Under the pieces are notes generated by a model. That model saw only the letters and a program-made list of their open reading frames with translations, did not search any database and was not told where the DNA came from. A DNA stretch of 64,000 nt from Alistipes sp. (GTDB taxonomy: Bacteria > Bacteroidota > Bacteroidia > Bacteroidales > Rikenellaceae): contig JAGBTO010000098.1 of the NCBI GenBank assembly GCA_017631285.1, positions 598 through 64,597 on the forward strand, written 5' to 3'. Both the position numbers and the translations under genes were made by a program. This document shows positions 58,273 to 64,000 of the stretch, one piece after another (position 1 is the stretch's first letter; each line of letters opens with the position of its first letter).

Positions 58273-59178
58273 CTAACCCACTCGACGATACTCCTTGGGC
58301 GACATTCCAACACGTCGTTTGAAATACTTTCCGAAGAAAGTTTGCGAAGGGAAATTCAACTCATCACTTATCTGCTGAATGGTCATATTGGTTGACTTTA
58401 GCAATGCACGTGCCTCAAGTACCACATAACGTTCAATCCAATCCGAGGCCGAAGAACCTGTGCACTCCTTGACAACGCGCGACAAATATCGTGAGGTGAT
58501 ACACATCTTGTCGGAATAGAATTTAAGAAGGCGCTCCTTGCGGAAATTTTCTTTCACCAGCTCCATGAACTGCTTTGTCAAGACATCGGCATTGGTGCGA
58601 ACGGTATCGCAATTATTTATCTCAACAAGTTTATCTGACGCATAGAAAATCGCCATCATCACATGTTGGGTAGCATGCAAACGGTAAGGATTGTTTTTAT
58701 CAGAGAGAACATAACGAACCGAACTCACAAAAAACTCCGACATCTTACTTTCATGCTCCGAAAGTGGTTTTACAGCCAAACGTGACGCACCAAATCGCCA
58801 TGGTACAAAGTTATTCATAAAGACCAATAACGACTCAATAAATCGTGATGACATAATCATAACATGGGCATCAAAATCGGGCGTAATAGACTCCAGTGAC
58901 ACTATTTGTCCTGGAGCTACGTGTAGCATATGTGCACCTTCACCCACATGATACTCCTCCATATTAATCTTTAAAGTTACACTCCCTGCAAACTTATGTA
59001 TAATGAGAAAGAAATCCAACTTGTGAGGTGTACGCATTGTCTCTGCATTTATAACATACCCACGTTGCTTACACTCTCGGCTGAAATCTGAGTAAGTAAA
59101 CACTGCTATTTCGCCATCTATACCATCCACCGCATTCAATTTCTCGACAAACGGCATCCATTCATAATATTGTACCAT
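58273..59178 (-). CDS. AraC family transcriptional regulator
   Basis: C-terminal HTH IQQISDELNFPSQTFFGKYFKRRVGMSPKEYR. Confidence 0.93.
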   Translation of the reverse strand: MVQYYEWMPFVEKLNAVDGIDGEIAVFTYSDFSRECKQRGYVINAETMRTPHKLDFFLIIHKFAGSVTLKINMEEYHVGEGAHMLHVAPGQIVSLESITPDFDAHVMIMSSRFIESLLVFMNNFVPWRFGASRLAVKPLSEHESKMSEFFVSSVRYVLSDKNNPYRLHATQHVMMAIFYASDKLVEINNCDTVRTNADVLTKQFMELVKENFRKERLLKFYSDKMCITSRYLSRVVKECTGSSASDWIERYVVLEARALLKSTNMTIQQISDELNFPSQTFFGKYFKRRVGMSPKEYRRVG

Positions 59179-59380
59179 ATAACACCTGTTTTTTACATTT
59201 ATTCCTAATTACACCAACAAAAGTAGTCAATAATTATTATCAATCAAGGATTAGTGTACTTATTGACCAAATACCCCAACCCTTATACTAACAATATTAC
59301 ATTTACATCCAAACACAACACTTTTGCACTAAACGATAAAAATGCTCAATATATTTTGAACAGATTTCGACCATTTTTAG

Positions 59381-59388
59381 TACTTTTG
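59381..59388 (+). promoter_or_regulatory. -7 promoter box (TACTTTTG), 7 nt before the MATE ATG
   Basis: TAnnTTTG. Confidence 0.6.
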
Positions 59389-59395
59389 TGCCAGT

Positions 59396-60805
59396 ATGAA
59401 TTTATTGAAAACATATCCTTCGTTTTACAAGGAAAATTTACGTCTTGCTCTACCTGTGATTTTGTCGCAAGTAGGGCAAATTACCGTACAACTTGCCGAC
59501 ACCGCCATGGTAGGACAATACGGCGGCAATGACCCCACGCCCCTGGCAGCTGTGTCGTTTGCGCAAAACTTCTTTTTCATCATCTTCATCGCAGCAATGG
59601 GTCTCACATTTGGACTCACACCTTTGGTGGGCGAGCGATTCGCACAAGGCAGAATAAAGCACACTCGCAAGTACCTGCTAAACGGAATAGTACTATTCAC
59701 GATAATTGGCATAATTGCCACCCTGCTGCTATCTGCCGCACGACCACTATTCCCGCTTATGGGCCGGTTGATGCTGGGGGATGGCAACGACACTTCAATA
59801 GGCGAGGTTATCGATTTGGCTCTGCCCTACTTCGATACTCTGATATGGGGTGTGCTGCCTGTAATGATTTGGGGTAGCGTAAAGCAATTCCTTGAAGGTG
59901 TAGGCAACACCCGCATAGCAATGGTAACCATCATTTCAGCCAATGCACTGAACATATTTCTGAATTGGGTATTTATCTTCGGTAAATTTGGATTCGAGCA
60001 GATGGGAGCTGTGGGAGCTGGTTACGCAACACTCATTTCACGCATATGTCAATGTGTAATGCTGGTGGGATATTTCTTCCTCACACCACGCTTCAAGCAA
60101 TACACAGCAAACCTACTGCAAGAAGCGCGGCTCAGCTGGCGCACCACCCGAAAGATACTCCAGGTGGGTGCCCCAATTTCATTTCAGATGTTGATGGAGG
60201 CAAGTGCCTTTGTCGTTGCCGGAATATTAGTTTTGGCATTTGGTGCCACATCGGTGAGTGCCTACCAGATTGGTGTAAACATGATGAACGTAACATTTAT
60301 GATTGTGGTAGCAATTGGCTCGGCAACAACAATCCTATGCTCGTACATCTATGGTCGCAAGACATACCATCGACTACGCCCAACCGTAAATGCTTCGTAC
60401 CAAATGGGGCTTGCATGGAACATTACGGTAGCGACGATTTACATATTGCTACGCCATCATATTCCAACACTTTTCACATCAAATCAGGATGTTATCGACA
60501 TCACAGCTACGATGTTGATTTTCATTGCTTTGTTTCAAATTTCCGACTGCATACAAGCAATATCAATTAGCATTCTTCGAGGCTTGCAGGATGTGAAAAT
60601 TATTATGCCAATTGTGGTAATCTCCTATGTGGTAATAAATATCCCAACAGGTTACTTTTTAGCCTTCAATTGCGGAATGAAAGCCAACGGACTAATCATT
60701 GGATTCATCATCGGATTGTCCACATGTGCCCTTCTGACATCACTACGCGTAAAAAGAAACATCCGCCAAATGGAACTTGCCACAAAAAAAGAGGTGAAAG
60801 AATAA
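59396..60805 (+). CDS. MATE family efflux transporter (NorM-like)
   Basis: LALPVILSQ, DTAMVG, LNWVFIFG and LRGLQD motifs; about 12 TM segments. Confidence 0.93.
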   Translation: MNLLKTYPSFYKENLRLALPVILSQVGQITVQLADTAMVGQYGGNDPTPLAAVSFAQNFFFIIFIAAMGLTFGLTPLVGERFAQGRIKHTRKYLLNGIVLFTIIGIIATLLLSAARPLFPLMGRLMLGDGNDTSIGEVIDLALPYFDTLIWGVLPVMIWGSVKQFLEGVGNTRIAMVTIISANALNIFLNWVFIFGKFGFEQMGAVGAGYATLISRICQCVMLVGYFFLTPRFKQYTANLLQEARLSWRTTRKILQVGAPISFQMLMEASAFVVAGILVLAFGATSVSAYQIGVNMMNVTFMIVVAIGSATTILCSYIYGRKTYHRLRPTVNASYQMGLAWNITVATIYILLRHHIPTLFTSNQDVIDITATMLIFIALFQISDCIQAISISILRGLQDVKIIMPIVVISYVVINIPTGYFLAFNCGMKANGLIIGFIIGLSTCALLTSLRVKRNIRQMELATKKEVKE

Positions 60806-60842
60806 AAAATTTTATTACCTTTACCAAAATTTTGTAAACAAT

Positions 60843-62198
60843 ATGGATTGTCCTAAAAAACATATACCCGAAATGGGCCGAGGATTTGCACTCTGCGACT
60901 GCAACGAGGAACTATGTGCAAAACCTGTCGAAGGTTGTTTTAAATTGCATGAAACAGCTTGGCTGGAGGAGTACCCCAATAATATTCCTACCGACATCTT
61001 TGAGGTGCGTTTCAAAAATACTCGACGTTCATACTACAAGAACGTAAACAACCTCGACCTGAAGCGTGGCGACATCGTAGCTGTTGAGGCTTCACCGGGT
61101 CACGACATAGGCATCATCTCGCTTACAGGCGACATGGTGGCCAAACAGATTCGCCGCACAGGCTTCACACCATTCAATGGTGAGTACAAAAAGATTTATC
61201 GCAAGGCAAAGCCTTACGACATTGAGCGTTGGCAGGAGGCTATTGCCTTGGAGCATGACACCATGATTCAATCGCGCCAGATTGCCGCCGACATGGGTCT
61301 TGACATGAAGATTGGCGATGTGGAGTATCAGGGCGATAAGATTAAGGCTATATTCTACTACATAGCCGAGGGACGTGTCGATTTCCGTGAGCTCATCAAG
61401 GTTTTCGCCGAGCGTTTCCACATTCGCATCGAGATGAAGCAGATTGGTGCTCGTCAGGAGGCAGGTCGTATCGGAGGTATTGGCGCTTGCGGACGTGAAT
61501 TGTGCTGTGCTTCATGGATATCTTCATTCTCAAGTGTAACTACAAACGCTGCTCGTGTGCAGGATATATCGCTCAACCCCCAGAAGTTGGCAGGACAGTG
61601 CTCGAAGTTGAAGTGTTGCTTGATGTATGAGTATGATGTGTATGCCGATGCGCGTCAGACATTGCCTCGCGTTCGTGAGCCATTGCAGGCTATGGATGGC
61701 GAGTACTACTTGGTTAAGACCGATATTCTGGCTCGCACAATGTCGTTTAGCAGCAGCAAGGACTCAATATCGAATATGGTTACAATCCCTACTTCGCGCG
61801 TGCGTGAGATTATAGCCATGAACCGTGCAGGCAAGAAGGTGGATTCACTCATTGACAAAGATAGCATTACGACTGTCGAGGAGCCTACATATCGCACCGA
61901 GGAGGATAGCATCACACGCTTTGACAACCAGAACAAGCGTCGTCGCAAGAACAAGAATCGTGACAAACAACGCGGTGAGCATCATCCAAAGCAGGAGATT
62001 CAACAAGAGGCTAAACCTGCACCTCAAAACGAGGCTCCAGTCGCAAAGTCGGAGGCTAAACCCGAGCGCGAAGAGAAGCAGAATTCTCGTCCACACCGCG
62101 ATCATCACAATCGTCGCAACGCTCGTAATCGCCGCGACCACAACCGCGAAAACGGCAAGCCAGCACACAACAAACCTACTGCCGAAAATAAGGAGTAA
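60843..62198 (+). CDS. ricT: PSP1-domain/RicT (YaaT) family protein
   Basis: RVDFRELIK, QIGARQEA..IGGIGACGRELCC and KLAGQCSKLKCCL motifs. Confidence 0.88.
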   Translation: MDCPKKHIPEMGRGFALCDCNEELCAKPVEGCFKLHETAWLEEYPNNIPTDIFEVRFKNTRRSYYKNVNNLDLKRGDIVAVEASPGHDIGIISLTGDMVAKQIRRTGFTPFNGEYKKIYRKAKPYDIERWQEAIALEHDTMIQSRQIAADMGLDMKIGDVEYQGDKIKAIFYYIAEGRVDFRELIKVFAERFHIRIEMKQIGARQEAGRIGGIGACGRELCCASWISSFSSVTTNAARVQDISLNPQKLAGQCSKLKCCLMYEYDVYADARQTLPRVREPLQAMDGEYYLVKTDILARTMSFSSSKDSISNMVTIPTSRVREIIAMNRAGKKVDSLIDKDSITTVEEPTYRTEEDSITRFDNQNKRRRKNKNRDKQRGEHHPKQEIQQEAKPAPQNEAPVAKSEAKPEREEKQNSRPHRDHHNRRNARNRRDHNRENGKPAHNKPTAENKE

Positions 62199-62203
62199 TT
62201 AAC

Positions 62204-62635
62204 ATGCGTAGTACTATCTTAGGCATACTGTGTTGTCTCACCTTTGCGGCTTGCACGATTGCTCCCGACACGGTAGTAATGAAAGATGTTGATGTAAGCA
62301 ATTGGAAAGAGTCGGTAAGTGTAGAATTCAATAACGACTCCGAACAGGTGCGCAACCTGAGCATAACCTTGCACGTGAATAGTCGATTTCAAACTGAGCA
62401 AATTGCACTGCAAGTAAAGATGTATTCGCCCGATTCGCTGTATCACGTCGAACAGGTGCATCTACCTTGTGCTGTGGAGTGGTCGCAACCTACGGCAAGT
62501 AGCATTGACATAGAACTACCCTACCGCCAAGGTGTGAGGCTGAAATGCAAGGGTAAATATCTCTTCGAGATAACTCCTTTAACGAGCATTGCAGGCGTAG
62601 AGGCAGCTGGAATAAATTTTCAAGCGAACAAATAA
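62204..62635 (+). CDS. gldH: GldH-like lipoprotein
   Basis: Lipobox FAAC; W in the N-terminal strand, SPDS, PYR..GKY and GVEAAG motifs; follows the PSP1 gene. Confidence 0.6.
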   Translation: MRSTILGILCCLTFAACTIAPDTVVMKDVDVSNWKESVSVEFNNDSEQVRNLSITLHVNSRFQTEQIALQVKMYSPDSLYHVEQVHLPCAVEWSQPTASSIDIELPYRQGVRLKCKGKYLFEITPLTSIAGVEAAGINFQANK

Positions 62636-62654
62636 ACCATTAAAACACGAAGTT

Positions 62655-63413
62655 TTGGGAAAAGATAAGTTAAAACGATTTGCCGAAAATCTCACATTCA
62701 GTTGCATGGTGCAACCTGAGTTTGATGATATTTTCCACAAGGACCACCCATTAAAAGGTCGCTGGCACAAGGATTTCTTCCACAACGACAACCCTATCAT
62801 CTTGGAGTTGGGCTGTGGTAAGGGCGAATATACTATTGCCTTGGCCGAGCGTAACCCCAACGCTAATTATATAGGTGTGGATATTAAGGGTGCCCGCATG
62901 TGGCGCGGAGCAAAGACCGCAACCGAGGCTGGCATGACAAATGTAGGCTTCCTGCGTACACGCATCGAGTTCATCAACTCGTTCTTTGCCGAGGGTGAGG
63001 TTGCCGAAATTTGGATTACCTTCCCCGACCCACAGCTCAAGACACGCCGTGCGAAGAAGCGCCTCACGTCGCCTATTTTCCTGGAGTATTATGCGCAGTT
63101 CTTGGCCTCAGATGGCTGGATTAACCTCAAGACCGACTCGCAGCACCTGTATGGCTACACAAATTTTGTTGTAAACCACTTCTCGCTGCCATGCGAGGCG
63201 TCGAACAACGACATCTACGGCACAGGCTTTGCCGACGCCGAGCTTTCGGTTAAGACCGCCTACGAAACTAAGTTTTTGGAACGCGGATTGCCAATCACCT
63301 ACACCCGCTTCTCGCTGGCTGGCGGCAAGACATTCCCAATGATTGAGTGGGAGGAGGACGAGAAGTTAGAGAAGGATAACGAAGAGGCACGAATAGGGAT
63401 AAGCAAGTGTTAA
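62655..63413 (+). CDS. trmB: tRNA (guanine-N7)-methyltransferase
   Basis: LELGCGKGEY, ITFPDP, RLTSP and LKTD motifs; TTG start. Confidence 0.95.
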   Translation: MGKDKLKRFAENLTFSCMVQPEFDDIFHKDHPLKGRWHKDFFHNDNPIILELGCGKGEYTIALAERNPNANYIGVDIKGARMWRGAKTATEAGMTNVGFLRTRIEFINSFFAEGEVAEIWITFPDPQLKTRRAKKRLTSPIFLEYYAQFLASDGWINLKTDSQHLYGYTNFVVNHFSLPCEASNNDIYGTGFADAELSVKTAYETKFLERGLPITYTRFSLAGGKTFPMIEWEEDEKLEKDNEEARIGISKC

Positions 63414-63435
63414 GATAATTTCAAAAAACATTATA

Positions 63436-63470
63436 CACTCCAAAGGTTTTTAAGCTTTTGGAGTTTTTTT
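63436..63470 (+). terminator. Intrinsic terminator of trmB
   Basis: ACTCCAAAGG...CTTTTGGAGT followed by TTTTT. Confidence 0.7.
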
Positions 63471-63537
63471 CTTCGTGGCTAAAAAAATATTATTATCTTT
63501 GTTATAATATAAAGACATAAACTTAAACAACCTTACT

Positions 63538-64000
63538 ATGAATAATTTTGAGTACTACAATCCTGTGAGAATATTGTTCGGTGCAGGTGAGCTGAAGCGA
63601 ATTGGTGACGAGGCCAAGGCTTTAGGCAAAAACGTATGTTTGGTTTCCTATAAGGATTTGACATTCTTGGAGCCATTAATGACCCGCATTGAGGGAATGT
63701 TAAAAGATGCCGGATTGAATGTTAGCACTTTCTACGAAGCAGAGCCAAACCCCGAAATCACCACTATTGCCAGGGGCGTAGAGCACTGCAAGACAAATAA
63801 TGTTGATTTGGTTATTGGTGTTGGTGGCGGTAGCGCGATGGATGCTGCCAAAGCTATTGCTGCAGGTTTCTACTACGAGGGCGAGTTGTGGAATATGGTA
63901 TTCAGCCGTCACGACCAGGTTGACGCTGTTCCTCCTACAAAATCATTGCCAACGATGATGATTCCTACACTCCCCGCAACAGGTAGCGAGATGAACAACT
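63538..64000 (+). CDS. Iron-containing alcohol dehydrogenase (3' partial, absent from the ORF track)
   Basis: Manual translation: MNNFEYYNPVRILFGAG...EPNP...GVGGGSAMDAAKAIA...IPTLPATGSEM; TATCTTTG box at 63494-63501. Confidence 0.92.
   Translation, partial: MNNFEYYNPVRILFGAGELKRIGDEAKALGKNVCLVSYKDLTFLEPLMTRIEGMLKDAGLNVSTFYEAEPNPEITTIARGVEHCKTNNVDLVIGVGGGSAMDAAKAIAAGFYYEGELWNMVFSRHDQVDAVPPTKSLPTMMIPTLPATGSEMNN

Noticed and set aside
59254-59532. 92-aa ORF upstream of and overlapping the MATE gene
   Set aside because: It spans the MATE promoter box, overlaps MATE out of frame and has no motif.

Overview
Gene-dense chromosomal window from a Bacteroidales bacterium. The evidence is the SusC/SusD pair, many lipoproteins and TAnnTTTG -7 promoter boxes. 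An Alistipes/Rikenellaceae-like origin is an inference. I found no rRNA, tRNA, CRISPR array, phage or transposase gene. Main blocks: (1) 1.3-16.5 kb, a minus-strand SusC/SusD locus with no glycoside hydrolase but with two LRR lipoproteins and an S8 protease; (2) housekeeping genes (lipid kinase, pepD, phoH, der); (3) 23.3-35.6 kb, a minus-strand cluster of two Gfo/Idh/MocA oxidoreductases, a tetraheme NapC/NirT cytochrome fused to an FGE-like domain, a TIM-barrel sugar isomerase/lyase, a cupin, a phosphatase, GH92, GH43 and its own ResB/CcsA heme-attachment system; (4) 36.5-39.9 kb, a metal-uptake unit (His/Cys-rich leader ORF ending in LRAPP, a TonB-dependent receptor and an HMA protein); (5) recQ, exonuclease, rlmI, a fatty-acid/LytTR block, an RND pump, rarA, AraC/MATE, ricT-gldH-trmB and a partial Fe-ADH. 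The best candidates for undescribed systems are the cytochrome-linked glycoside-oxidation cluster, the RAPP arrest-peptide-type metal sensor, and two ERIC-like palindromic elements sitting on stop codons, one of which carries a nested insert. All family calls come from motifs read by eye; no database search was run.
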